A DNA stretch of 64,000 nt. Source: Okamejei kenojei (Eukaryota). Under the pieces are notes generated by a model, which saw nothing but the letters and a program-made list of their open reading frames with translations, was not told where the DNA came from and ran no database searches. The DNA lies in contig CM069140.1 in NCBI GenBank assembly GCA_035221665.1, forward strand, positions 69,254,001 through 69,318,000. The letters run 5' to 3'. Shown here in pieces: positions 38,796 to 51,561 of the stretch. A program made the position numbers and the translations under genes. Position 1 is the first letter of the stretch, and each line of letters opens with the position of its first letter.

Positions 38796-40484
38796 GCCCA
38801 TAGAGAGTAGAAAGGAAGCATCTATTCCCCATGCCAAAGGCAGAGCCAAGTACATAGATTTAAGGGAATTGTTGGAAAGGTTATACGTCAATGGAATTTT
38901 CAGTTAAAAACCCCTGGAACTTACTATCTGAATGAACGAGTTTAAGAGCAAGCCCAAGAACATTAAGAAAGAACAGGATTAGAACATTTTCTCCCTCAGC
39001 ATTTAGAACATTTTGCCCCTTTGCTCAACATTTCAACTTGATTTACGGCTGATTTGCCCTAAGCCTCTATTCCTCTTCTCCAGTTTCCTATTGCCCTCAG
39101 TTTCTTGATCTTTCAAAAGTGTATGTATTTCCTCTCTCCAAATACCCACAAATCTGGTCACCACCAACCTCATAAGTGGAGACTGACAGAGATTCACCGC
39201 TGTTAGAAAGTGGTCTATGTACCTCAGCTTCCAAAGTCCTCACGATTGAGATCCTTCTTCAAGTGGAAACATTGCAACCTCTACCCTGAATAAGTCTACT
39301 GGTTTGAGTCACTTTCAAAGGGGAGAAATCATTAATTGAATTAAAATGTATTTGCGTATGAGTTCATAGTTATGACAACTGGGAGGTAATTCTTCTTTGC
39401 ATGTGGTGACTGAGCTAGAAGGTTTCCCATGCCATTACCTTCCATATTCCACTGTTATAACCTCTTTTTCTCTAAGTTTTAATTTTTTTAATACAATATA
39501 ACCTGTGCCTGAGCCATTTGGCCACTTTTGGCTGCTTGTCGGGCGCACCTTTACTCACTAGGAGATATCATTCTACCTTTCAGTCAGCTGCCACAAGGCA
39601 TCATTTGCTTGTTCCTACCTGATCCTGCATTGAACATCAATGACAATCCTTGTGCATTTTATTTAAATTTTCACAATCCTTGCAGCAGAGACGCACAGCA
39701 GCATTTTCAAAAGAGAACCAAAGAGATTTCCAGTGTCAGGAAATGTAGGACAATGTAAAACTAGATCTGATCATGGAAATAATATGATCTAGATCATGGA
39801 AATAATATGTTTGTAATATTTTTTAGACTTTGAAGGATGTAAAGGTGTTTTCTTAACTGCATTCCTGATGTAGAACAAACTTCAATTTCCCAAGGTCAAT
39901 TGTGTCAGCATGCATAATTTCTGAAATGTTATGGTGAAAATTACCCTTGCTTACTTTCCTTCTGAAACAAAAATCCAACCAGTACCAGAGGTTTTTCATG
40001 GATGCAAGTCATGCATGGTTACTGCAATCTCTGTCCTTTTGCAATTTAGTAAATAGTTTTATGCCACTCTTTTTGTGATCCTGTATTTCACACATCATTC
40101 GCCAGTTAGAACGGTTTATGGGTCTGTCTCTTTTCTCACTCCCATTAAAATGTATGTACTGCAGGTTATGCTTGTTAGACTTAGAAACCAGACGGCTGAA
40201 TTCAGTTTTGATTCTGTTAGGAAGCAACTGGAAGAATAAAGTCTACACATTCTTGAAGACTATGCTTTTACTTGATGAGGAAAGACACAAAATGCTGGAG
40301 TAAGTCTATGTGTCAGGCAGCATCCCTGGAGAACATGGATAGAACATTTCGGGTTCGGACGTTTCTCAAAACTGAATTACTCCAACATTTTGTGCCTTTA
40401 CTTGGGAAACCAGCATCTGCAGTTCCTTGTTTCTACACCCTAATTTTACTTGATGTCCATCCTTTTATGAAAATACAAATTCAC

Positions 40485-40962
40485 CAGGTTAATTCCCGGG
40501 ATGGTGGGACTGACATATGATGAAAGAATGGGTCGACTGGGCTTGTATTCACTGGAATTTAGAAGGATGAGAACGGATGTTATGGATACATATAAAAATC
40601 TTAAAGGATTGGACAGGCTAGATGCAGGTTAAATGTTCCCAATGTTGGGGGAGTCCAGAATCATGGGGTCACTGTTGAAGAATACGGGGTAGGCCGTTTA
40701 GGACTGAGATGAGGAAACAGTTTTCCACCCAGAGAGTTGTGAATCTGTGGAGAAGTGGAGGCCTATTCACTGGCATTTTTCAAGAAAGTTAGATTTAACT
40801 GTTAGGGCTAAGGAATCAAGGGATATGGGTAAATATCAGGAACAGGGTACTGATTTAAGATGATCAGTCATGATCATATTGAATGGTGGTCCTGGCTCGT
40901 AGGGCCGAATGGCCTATTCCTGCACCTATTTTCTATGTTTCAATGTTCTATGTTTCTATGTC
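40485..40962 (+). mobile_element. CR1 LINE (family A) 3' fragment
   Basis: ttcaccaggttaattcccgggatgg...ctggaatttagaaggatgaga...tail ttctatgtttcaatgttctatgtttctatg. Confidence 0.9.
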
Positions 40963-41277
40963 TTCATAATATTTTGGTAAATCATGTTGGCGACTTCCGC
41001 CACTAAAACTTGCTATGTGTTGTTTACCAATGGATAAATCTAGCTTTTTGCTAAACTCTCTGACAAATGTATTGTTGTTGCAAATGTGTGCAGAGCAGTG
41101 GTTTTTCATCCATTATCTCCTTGATTGTCGAGCGGAGCTAGTCGAGGAATTCAGTTGATCAACAGGGAGATTATGTGGGGCAAGGAAGCGAATCATGAAA
41201 AGAAAACCATTGCAATTTACCTGGAAAAAGGTGGCCAACTTGAGCTCACCGCCAGTGGCCATGTTTGGCTCAGATTC

Positions 41278-41445
41278 CGTTTAGTTTAGAGATACAGTGT
41301 GGAGATGGGCCCTTTCGCCCACTGAAAACCCACGCAGTTATAGGGAGAATGTACAAACTCCATACAAACAGCACACGTAGACCGGATCAAATCCAGGTCT
41401 CTGGCGCTGTAATGCAGCAACTCTATTGCTGCACCACCTTGCCAC
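41278..41445 (-). mobile_element. Internally deleted V-SINE
   Basis: gtttagtttagagatacagtgtggaga...gggagaatgtacaaactcc...gcagcaactctattgctgcacc. Confidence 0.75.
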
Positions 41446-41954
41446 TATTTAATGTGTATTAAATGCACATTAGCTACATGTTTCTAGTGTAGTATACTTA
41501 ACTCTTCTGTTGAGATATTTTCTGGTTGAGATGCTCTCTCCATAGCTATAATGTCTTCTGGAATGAAAACATAATGAGATCAATGCCAAATTCTGTAGTA
41601 AGAATGAGCTAGGCATATGCAGTGACATTTTGCCCTGGTACATGTAATTAATTTTAATCTTATCACCTTGAAAATACAGTTTGTGCCACTGAGTTTGTAA
41701 TACATTTGGTGTGGTGGCAAATTGTTGATCTGTAAACTATATTTAGCAAACCAAAATAAAGATATACTGTTTTAGTGGTATTTTAATTACCACATTCTGA
41801 CCATCCAAAAGTATATACACAGTATAAGCACTTAACATAACTGAAGTTAAAGATAGGTCTCTGCATGTGCTTTTATTTGCTTTTTAGGTTGATTGAGTAT
41901 TTAATTTTAATTGTATGGATTTCTCAAATTGGGATAAAAAAGAACAAATTAAGT

Positions 41955-42237
41955 ATGGCCGGCACAGCTGGTAGAGCCATTGCCTCGCAGCACCAGGGAC
42001 CCGAGTTTAATCCTGACCTCATGTTATTTGTGTGGTGTTTGCACGTTCTCCCTGTGATCACATGGGTTTCCTTCGGGTGCTCTAGTTTCTTCCCACAATA
42101 TTAATTGCTCCGTAAATTCCCCTAATATGGAAGGTGTGGATGTGACAGTGGGATAACATAGAACTTGTGCGTATGGGTGATCTATGGTCGGTGGGTCAAA
42201 AGGCCTATTTCAATGCTGTATCTCTAAACATAACTAA
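41955..42237 (+). mobile_element. V-SINE (HE1-like) ending about 55 nt upstream of an exon acceptor
   Basis: ggtagagccattgcctcgcagcaccagggacccgagtttaatcctgacctc...gtttgcacgttctccctgtga...gctgtatctctaaac. Confidence 0.85.
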
Positions 42238-42293
42238 GTAATGATCCTTAACTTAATAGATTTGTTATTAACATTTATCTCTATCTCATCAAG

Positions 42294-42489
42294 ATCTCTG
42301 ACAGGGACAGTATTAAATTTAGTCGAGAGACAGAAGCATCCATGGCTGTGGTGAAGAAAACATCATCTAATCTGACGACCGCGAAGCTTGACCTTATGCG
42401 TTGGGTTCGAGAACGAGGTCACAGCACGATCACTTCATATACAAAGGCCTCGGTTGCCAACCACATTCATTTAAGGCTTCAGGAAGCTG
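42294..42489 (+). CDS. TGFBR3: TGFBR3 coding exon (about exon 8), end of orphan domain
   Basis: ctcatcaag|ATCTCT...GCTG|gtaagt, 196 nt, phase 0-1. ISDRDSIKFSRETEASMAVVKK...ITSYTKASVANHIHLRLQEA resembles human ITSYTMAPVANRFHLRLE. The acceptor was chosen because it is the only nearby AG that preserves phase. Confidence 0.9.
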
Positions 42490-43074
42490 GTAAGTGTTCA
42501 AGAATGTGTATCTTCAGTAGGAGCTAAAACTGAATTATAATCTGATCGCAGCTATATATCAACATCTTTAATCCCACCAGCAATGAATGTCCATCATATA
42601 TAAACAATGTATCAAAACCAATTCGAAGGGCTTGGACGTTATATAGTTATCTACAAGTATTTAAAATAGACTGCAATAATTCCAGCTCGTGGACATTTTT
42701 ACATTGTGTAAAATAAATTATTTTAAGTTTGGTTATAAGTAGTCAACACATTGAGTTGTACATCACTGAAACAGGCCCTTCAGCTCACAATTGGACTTCA
42801 TCATACATCCAGCCTGTGCAGTGAGTAGGATAATTTGTCTTTATAAATGTGGTAACTCAAAAAAAAGGATAGAATTTGCCAAAAAAAGGTAGAATTTGTC
42901 AAAAATAAAGGGTAGAATTTGCAATGTTAATCTTAATGCCAATGATATTGTTTATTCAGCAACATAGGTATGAATTAAGTTAGTATGAAGAATTAAGTTA
43001 GTATGGGAATGGTTAATATCAAGTCCCTTTAAGTATTGTTGGGACTTTACTCCTTATGAACACTATTTGTGACC

Positions 43075-43315
43075 AGGAACCACATTTGCTACTGCCCTGG
43101 CTTTGTAGCAATAGTTTTTCCATGGTTGCTGCGGACTATCCTTAATCGGACTTTACTGAATTTTATCTTGCGCTAAATGTTATTCCCTTTATCGTGTATC
43201 TGTACTCAGTGGATGGTTCGATTGTAATCATGCGTAGTCTTTCCACTATCGGGTTAGCACGCATCAAAAGCATTTCACCATACCTCGGTTCATGTGACAA
43301 TAAACTAAACTCAAA
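43075..43315 (+). mobile_element. Rex1/Babar-like 3' tail fragment
   Basis: aaaagcatttcaccatacctcggttcatgtgacaataaactaaact tail. Confidence 0.6.
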
Positions 43316-44414
43316 TGTGAACTTCTGAGCTTTGCTTGAGGATAAGGATGGTGAGGAACTTAGTGGAGGTATCATTGAAAATATTGGAGATGATTGAGCA
43401 CTTTATCCGGGAAGCAACCTGGCACTTGCCCCAAATACCTGGATTTTATCCAAGTCCAAGTACTGGAGTTGCTGCTAGAGGTTTTAGAATTTGAGTTTCT
43501 GTGTACCTCTCAAACTTTGTGAATTGCAATCTTCAAACTTCCGTGGAGGCAGAGAGTGAAAATAAAGCATTCCCACATTGGGACGCATGAGTTGACAAAG
43601 TAATTCCAAACCTATCACTTTATACATACAGCAGAAGATAAAAGCCAGGCATCAGCATGGTTCCAGCTGTGAGAATGAAATGTGATTCTATGTGATTTCT
43701 GAATGAAGTAAAATTTTCAATTCCATCAATGTGTTGAACAAGGAACAGAATGAAGTGTCTTCAACTGGGGTGGACTTGTGATGCTATCTGTTTGTGGAAT
43801 TAAGTTATTTGATTATTCTTGCATGCATTCAATCGTTTACCATTACCCAGTTAGAGTTGTAATTTACTTTCTCTTTTTTGGAAGTTGAAATCCGTACAAT
43901 TTGTGGTCATTTTGAAACTGAAATACTGGAAGTGATTCAGAAATTCTTAAGGGAGACGAGAGATGTGCTGCAGCTGCTATGGGGGTTGTTAGCTATCCAA
44001 ATGCCTGTGGAACAAGTGGTCAAGTAACAGGTGCAAGAGCTATATGGCGAAGAAGACAAGTCACTGCTAATATGGCAAACAAAAAATAATATATCTTTGC
44101 ATCTCATCAGGGAATCAACTTTGAGTTGGCAAGAGGCAGTGATGTGGTGTAACAAATGTTGGACTGAGTGACCGGCTGCTGAAAATGCTCAAAATTGTTG
44201 CTTGTAAATTTAAATCGGGTCAATATGTTGAAATGCGGTGTTAACTTGATAATATATTACTTTAAAAAGTAATTCACTTTTGTGGGGCTAAATGGTTAGT
44301 TAGGACTGAAGTTGTTTTTTAAATTTCCTTGTTCATCACTTCTCACTGCTTACCTGAAGAAATGTTTGCATTTCTGAAAATAGGTTTATTTGTATATACG
44401 TACGTTACCAAATA

Positions 44415-44830
44415 TGGGTTTAGGTTTATTATTGTCATGTGTACCCAAGTACAGTGAAAAGCTTAGTTTTGCATGCTACCCAATCAAATCAGATAATACT
44501 ATACATAAATACAATCGTCAAACTTGAGTACAATAGGTAGCGCAAAAGGGAAGATACAGAGTGCAGAATATTGTTCTCAGCATTATAGTGCAATAGTTAT
44601 AGAGATAAAGTACCACGTCCTCAGTGAGGTAGTGGTAAATCGGACAGTACGCTAGCTTTTGAAGGACTGTTCAGCAACCTGATTACAGAGGGGAAGAAGC
44701 TGTTCCTGAGTTTGTAGGTGCGAGTTTTCAAGCTTATTTACTGCCCGGCAAGAACGGGGCAAAGAAGGAATAGCCAGGGTGGGAAAGGTCTTTGATTATG
44801 TTGGCTGCTTTCCTGAGCCAGCGTGAAACA
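44415..44830 (-). mobile_element. Rex1/Babar-type LINE 3' fragment
   Basis: The reverse complement of about 44669-44710 encodes LRNSFFPSVIRLLN, a typical Rex1/Babar ORF C-terminus, followed by the tgacaataataaacctaaacc tail. Confidence 0.75.
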
Positions 44831-45465
44831 GAATTTAGCAGATAAAATAGAAGTAATTTAACCCATGTGTTTTATTTCACTACTCTCCTTTTCATTCTTT
44901 TCTTCACATGTTATCTAAATTTACCGTTTTAATTCCTGCTGCTATTTTCTCTATCAATATTTTTCTTTGACATGGATATCTTTTCAAATGTGCATGCGAT
45001 CCTTTTCTATTTTGCTTTATGTGAATGGCAATAGCACAATTGCACATGTGGGTAGTTGGAAGTATTTTTTTTTATATCAAAAGTGAAATAAGACAACTTG
45101 GAGGATTTCTTTGGATCTCTGCAGTGTGGAATTATCTCGCTAACTTGGGGATTAAGCTGAACCAGATAAGTGGTGAAGGAACTGTAAATGGAGAATGAAC
45201 GAATCCTGGATAAACTTTCTTATGAGAAGTTTTCTTTGATAGTAAGAGTGACCTTTTGCATCCGAAGTAGCCTGGAGATAGTTGAGGAGGTGAATCCACT
45301 TACTATGTCTGAAGAGATTGCTCCAGCAATACTGTTAAATCATGACAGTATTGCGATTCTGACCCATATTGATGGAAGGCTACCAATACAGATCAGGATC
45401 AGATGAGATTGGGGAAGTAAAATTTGAAAGTAATGGCGTTTCAGCACACATATATTTGTCCGAAG

Positions 45466-45680
45466 TCCGAATTCTCTGCCTCAGAGGGCGGTGGAGGCAG
45501 GTTCTCTGGATGCTTTCAAGAGAGAGCTAGATAGGGCTCTTAAAAATGGCGGAGTCAGTGTATATGGGGAGAAGGCAGGAATGGGATACTGATTGGGGAT
45601 GATCAGCCATGATCACATTGAATGGCGGTGCTGGCTCGAAGGGCCGAATGGCCTAGTCCTGCACCTATTGTCTATTGTCG
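45466..45680 (+). mobile_element. CR1 LINE (family A variant) short 3' end
   Basis: gaattctctgcctcagagggcggtggaggc...gggccgaatggcctagtcctgcacctattgtctattgtc. Confidence 0.85.
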
Positions 45681-47602
45681 TAGTAATCCCAACCTTGAAT
45701 GGCTTTATCAAAAAACAACATTGGCGAAAGCACTAAAAAGCCCATAAAACAACCAACCCATCCTAAAATATAAATATAGCAGCTGGGTCTTCGATGAAGG
45801 GACAATAGCACAAGTTAATTCAAGGAAGCCCCGCTAGTAAATGTTCAAATTTTTGAGGTTTATTTCACTATTAACAAATTGCTTTCCTCAGCACCATATG
45901 CTTTGTGCATTATTTTGACCCAAAGGAATTACTCCTTGGGAATCATGTACTTTTAAAATTGTTAGCGCAGTTCGCCCAAACCACAGGTTTTCTGAACATA
46001 AACAGTCCAGTCTCCCAGTGGCATCAACCAGTGTTATAGAAAAATTAAAATGTCAGATTAAACTTATTAATCGTTTGAAAGTTATCACAAGTCCTTGCAA
46101 TAATAAAATTAACAGCTTTATTGAATAATCCTTTGGGTAGTTTTGCTTCACCATTCCTGATGGTTGTTAGTGCACAAAACTTGTTATTTCTTTCTTCCTT
46201 TTCAAGAGGAAATACTGTCATGGATGTAGCAAGTGTTATTAGGGTTACAGCCAATTATAGATGTGGTTGGTTTGCTAACATTGACATTTTATACTGAAGC
46301 GGAAGACTTAAATTTTTATCATCCTTTTAACTAACTGATCTGCTTGGCCTTTCTCTGAGAACTGGTTGATCATTTTGGCCAAGCAATATACGGCGAAGAA
46401 CATGGCTTAAAAGTACAATATTTAGACACAGCTCCTTGATACCTTGGTCAAATCATTATTCGTGATGCACATTGAAAATCGTAAATAATCTGAGCCTTGT
46501 ACTGTAAAGAACTAATTTAAGAAGGGGGAAAAGAATAAAAGAGAAATTCTAAGGTCCAATTTGAAAAGATCTAATTAGTCAGGAATGTTGGAAAACTGAT
46601 GTGGACTGAGTGTTTGATTTCAAAATAATTGTAATGTTGAATTTTTAAATCTCAATCTGAATAGTGTAGTTGATCCAAACCCACATAGATTCATTAAGTC
46701 TACCAGAAATACTGATGCTGGAGAATGTTGATATTGTTCCGATTGCATTTTTGTGATATGTAATGCATTGTAATAGTACAGTAACACTATTGTTGCTCTC
46801 TCAGACCGTGATATTAAATGGTATAATAGCGTTGTGTTCAACTGTTTAGAATATTTGACATTAAGATGTTTAGTATTTGAGAGTCTTTTGAAAATTAGAA
46901 CTCAATCCATTTAAGAAAACAGAACTGAATCAAATCTTGTTCCATGGAGCATTCTATGGATTACAAAACAGTATTACTGTGTTCCACGGTGTTGTCTGGA
47001 AAAGAATAGTCGGGCTAATAAGTAATAAATAGGGATGTGGTTTATGCTAATTTGGTGGCAGGGAATCGCAGACGAAGCTTAAAAGTAGAGATATGGAATG
47101 CAGCATTGACGACACCCAAGTTTCAGGAACTTCATTGATTATATTACAGCAATTGAATCTACTGTTGACTAAATTAGACTTGTGTATAATCATTTTATTC
47201 CATAATCAAGACCGAGTTTGTTATGTAACAAAGTCTTTCTGTAACCTCCATTCTGTAACCATGACATAGTTTTACGGATAATCAGGTTTGTGTGTAATCA
47301 ACTGAGAAAATAAAAGCTGTATCACAGTTGTGCTCAGGATATCAGCTTTGACTGATCTCCTGGGGTACACCACTTTTAATAAATCGCCTGTTGCTTTGAA
47401 CGCCAACTCCACATGGCCTTACCATTTCCGCCTAAACATAGAATGCTTCAAATGAAATAAGACAATGCAGGATTAATACAGTTATAACACTGGAGCAAAT
47501 TAGATCTTCTAATGAAACTTGTTTTAAGCCTTGTAATGTTTTAAATGGCAAGACTGTTTATTGACTGTTTCCTGTTCTTCCAACACCCACATCCTACTCT
47601 AG

Positions 47603-47913
47603 TTGAAGAAGAGGAGGTCGAGTCCTTCCTGCCACCAGAGCTGACTATTCTGAGGGAGCCTTTGCAATCGTCAGATCAGGCCTTGCCTGGGCTTAGAGAA
47701 GCTCTTCGGTTTCCATTTCCCTTTGACCAAGAAGAATATGATAGGGTCGACACAGCTCACAAGTTGCCACAGCGATCACAAGATAGTACATTTGAAAGGC
47801 TAATGAGAAGTGGATTACCTGAACCAGAAATTCAAACTTTTGATAATGTGGCCCTATCTGTTCAATGCAAAGATGAAAAAATGATCGCTGTAATTGAAAA
47901 GAGCAGCTTGCAG
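47603..47913 (+). CDS. TGFBR3: TGFBR3 coding exon (about exon 9), linker and start of ZP-N
   Basis: ctactctag|TTGAAGAA...TTGCAG|gttagt, 311 nt. EEEEVESFLPPELTIL...LRFPFP...NVALSVQCKDEKMIAVIEKSSLQ resembles human PPELRILL...IALSVKCDNEKMIVAVEKDSFQ. Confidence 0.95.
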
Positions 47914-48111
47914 GTTAGTTTAATTCTATTATATGCTTTATCAATTTTGTAAATATTAATTCACAAAAATATCATCAGTTCAGACAGTTGGAGACAGAAT
48001 TCAGGTGCTGGAATCTGGAGCAAGAGACCTGATGCAGGATTTCAACTCGAAACGTTGACCATTTGTTTCCACCCACAGTTTGCTACTCCAACACTGAGTT
48101 CCTCAAGTCTG

Positions 48112-48151
48112 ATGGGTCTGAAGAAGGGTCTTGACCCGAAACATCACTTAT
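48112..48151 (+). ncRNA. Minimal type I hammerhead ribozyme motif in the TGFBR3 sense strand, within a Penelope-like repeat (about 47990-48212)
   Basis: Stem I AUGGGU/ACUUAU (6 bp, two G-U), CUGAAGA, extra A, stem II GGGUC/GACCC, GAAA-C-AUC triplet. Confidence 0.65.
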
Positions 48152-48936
48152 TCCTTTTCTCCAGAGATGCTGCCTGTCCTATTGAGTTACTCCAGCTTTG
48201 TGTGTCTATCCTCAAGTAGATTGTTGCTTCGATTGTTTGCTAGTTGTAGATACAGTTGTGCTTGAGCATTCTGTTGCCATAAAAGGAAAGAACAATGAGA
48301 TTGGGCAGAGTCAATATGGATTCATGAAAGGGAAAAGTTTTTTTGAGGTTATAATTACCAAAATTGGTAAGGATGAATATTTCTGGTTATTTCAAAGGCT
48401 TTTGATAAACTGCCACTCGAGAAGTCACCAAATATAATTAGAGTGTGAGAAACTGGTCATCAGCCAGAGATGCTGCCTGGCCCGCTGTTACTCCAGCAAT
48501 TTGTCTTTTTTTTAGGCTTTAAGAAGGTATTGACAGACTAATAAAATGGGTGAGGATATAGCAGATAGCATATAATAGAAGTGTCTGCTTTAGTTGAAAA
48601 ATGTGCTGAAGCAATGCATTTTCTCAATTGTTATTGGAATGCATGGGTCTCCAGAGGGATTTGGGTGTCCTTTTTCACAACTCAGTGAAAATCAACATGT
48701 GGGTACATCAAGCAGAAAGAAAGGCAAATGATATCATGGCCTTTAGTTTTAAAGATTTTAGTTTTAAAGATACAGCATGGAAACAGGCCCACTGAGTCCA
48801 TGCTGACTATCGATCACCCGTTCACACAAGATTCCTAGAGGATTCAGTGCAAGAGTAAAGATACATGAAGGTTGAAGCCGCAGAGATTAAGCAATCTGAG
48901 TTGATATTTTTATCCTCCCATGATCTTTTTCTACAG

Positions 48937-49089
48937 ATTGACACATCTACAGTTATGGAGATTACTCTACTGGATCCAAAATGCAAAGCAAAAGTAAATG
49001 CCACGCATTATATTTTGGAATCTTCACTCACTGGCTGTGAGACGACTATGTACCCTTCCATGGATGGTTCCACTGTCTATTTGAATTCG
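48937..49089 (+). CDS. TGFBR3: TGFBR3 coding exon (about exon 10), ZP-N
   Basis: ctttttctacag|ATT...AATTCG|gtaggt, 153 nt. MEITLLDPKCKAKVNATHYILESSLTGCET resembles human MDVTLLDPTCKAKMNGTHFVLESPLNGCGT. Confidence 0.96.
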
Positions 49090-50661
49090 GTAGGTGAAAC
49101 AATTAATAAGCTGCTGGCTTTAAACTTGTTGCAAAAGACTACAATGAAACTAATTTTAATCCTGTCCACCAGTGGATAATAAACTACTGTCAAAGATTAA
49201 AACAAATATCAAAAGGTTCTGCTTTGAACAATATATGGATCGCGTACAGGCAGAAGGAGATTAGTTTACCTGGACATCATGTTCGGCACTGACATTGTGG
49301 AGCAAAGGGTCCTTTACAGTGCTGTACTGTTTTTTGGTCTATGAGTGTTGGGCGGGCAGATTGACAGTTTTTCAGAGATTGGAAGGGAGGCCAACCTGAT
49401 GGGTTGCATATTGAAGCCATGGTGGGAGGTCACCACTGATGGACGTAATTGGGAGGCCCAAGGGAAGAATTGGGAAAGTATATTCTTCAAAAGCGACCCA
49501 CCTGAGGCAACATGTCTGTGCTAAACATTTGCTTTAGCTGATCCCTTTTTAAGTAATACTGAAGCAGGATTGTAAATGTTTTGAAGGTCTGCTTCTGTAT
49601 AGACTGCCTTCTCCCTCAGGGAGCTGCATGTATGGTGGAGAATCCTCAAAATCTCCTCTAAGTGTGATGTGTCTATCACTGTCAGATGCTGGGCAAGTAT
49701 GGGCTCTTCCATGCATTAGCTGGTCAAGCCCGAGAGGATACAGAGGAAATCTGATATTTCACACAATTGCTTAGTTTCTCTTTAACTTTTATTTCTCATT
49801 AGCATTCAATTGTTTAGGACACCAAAATGTGAGACCTGTGGAAACCAATTTTTTGGCATTTGTTCTTCAGATCCAGGTTTTGTGTTTTTTCACAAAATAT
49901 GTGGTCCTGCTGCTTTTCGAATGCTATACTGCATTGAAGTTACTAATGGGGGAAAACGTGTTTTTAGTTTCAGTTTCATGACACAACCTTATTAAAATTA
50001 AGAGAAAATGTATTTTACAAAAAGCAGATTTATCCTGCTCTCCATTTGATTTTTCACGATTTGTTAATTTTATAAAATATATTGACGAATGCCTGGATGA
50101 AATATGCTTCAGGCCAATTGGATGTACACTAGATTAATATTTTTTTCTGAGCATAGAAAGAGAATGTTTAAACATACAATTCTATGATAAGTAGATGCAG
50201 AGGGAATGAGTGTGTTGGGGAGGCTCATTGAGGGAAAAGATAAGGAGAGCAGTAGAGGAGAAAAAGGGGAAAATTATACTTGTATAAAATTCTACGTTAA
50301 GAGTGACATCTCAGAAAACTTTCTATGGTAGAGGAATAATATAGACCAAAAATAGGAAGCAGAATAGATGGCGGTGTAGGGAAGCAAAATGAGCTGTCTA
50401 TGGAAAGATTGTTAAGTGGGTGGCAATGCTAAAAGTTTGAAGGCAAAAGTTACTGCACATGGCAGAGGGGAAATGATGAGGAACTGCTGATGGACAGAGT
50501 TTAGAGCAAGTAGCACCATGCTAGAGATTGAGCCGATTACAGATTGGGTACCTGGAGGAAAACATATTTTCTTTTACTATTTGAGCATGACCAGTGATTT
50601 TGCAGGTCAACTATTTCAAAAAGGTTTCATTAAGATATTCTTAATTTTCCCTGACTGACAG

Positions 50662-50787
50662 ATTGTGATGCAGTTGGAGTACGCCATTGAAGAAAGCGGA
50701 TGGTATAGTGATAACGAAGAATCTGGAGACAATGGCTTTCCTGGAGATGGTGATGACCTAGTTGCAAACAGACCCAGAACTATTTTG
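50662..50787 (+). CDS. TGFBR3: TGFBR3 coding exon (about exon 11), GAG-attachment region
   Basis: ctgactgacag|ATT...ATTTTG|gtatgc, 126 nt. IVMQLEYAIEESGWYSDNEESGDNGFPGDGDD contains the hallmark ESGDNGFPGD. Confidence 0.95.
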
Positions 50788-51284
50788 GTATGCAATGCAG
50801 CTTGCGTATTGATTTCAATTTACATTTGTGCATGCAAGCAGGTTAGAGTACACATTAGCAAGGACATCTGCCTTCTGAATTTCATGATCCTACAAAAATA
50901 ATCAATTGCACAGTTAACTATTCAGCTGCTGACCTTAAAATGTGTTGCAAATATGGGTTGCCTGTTTTATTTGAGCAAAGTAAACGTTAACATTATGACC
51001 CAAACACACAAGTTCTGGTGGACTCAGCAGGTCAGGCAGTGGACATAAATGTGGGAGCTGAGGCTGTGGTGGAGGGGGGGGGGGGGTTCAGTGACCAGAG
51101 GGTCTTACTGGTTCCAGTGGAGGGAGGAGGGCTTCCTCATAGGAGGGATACCACAAGGAGGTTTCACAGTGGTTCAGATGCTGGCAACTGCCGAGTGGCA
51201 ATTTTGCAATACAGGGAGTGCACAAACAAATAAGTGTTCCATTGAGTAGCGCTAAGCAGAGGACCATTGTACTATAATTTGTAA

Positions 51285-51515
51285 GTCATACAGTCATAGC
51301 GTGTGGAAACAGACCCTTCGGCGGAACTTGCCCACACCGACCAACATGTCCCATCTACACTCGTCCTACCTACCTGCATTTGGCCCATATCCCTCTAATC
51401 CAGTCTTATCCATGCACCTGTCTTAATTATTTCTTAAACGTTGTGATATTACCTGTCTCAACTACATCCTCCAGCAGCTCATTCCATACATCCACCACCC
51501 TTTGTGTGAAAAAGG
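51285..51515 (-). mobile_element. CR1 LINE (family B) 3' end
   Basis: agtcatacagtcatagcgtgtggaaacagacccttcgg...ccatatccctctaa...accaccctttgtgtgaaaaa. Confidence 0.85.
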
Positions 51516-51561
51516 AAGAGTTTAATAGTTGGTTGCAGTTAGCATGGCATTATTAGCATGG

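Noticed and set aside
39762-43005. Short local tandem duplications (gatcatggaaataatatg x2 near 39768, tagaatttg-A-run x3 near 42870, gaattaagttagtatg x2 near 42972)
   Set aside because: Ordinary slippage duplications with no further structure.
51066-51090. G-run ggaggggggggggggg as a G-quadruplex or regulatory element
   Set aside because: A homopolymer inside decayed repeat sequence, prone to sequencing error, with no supporting context.
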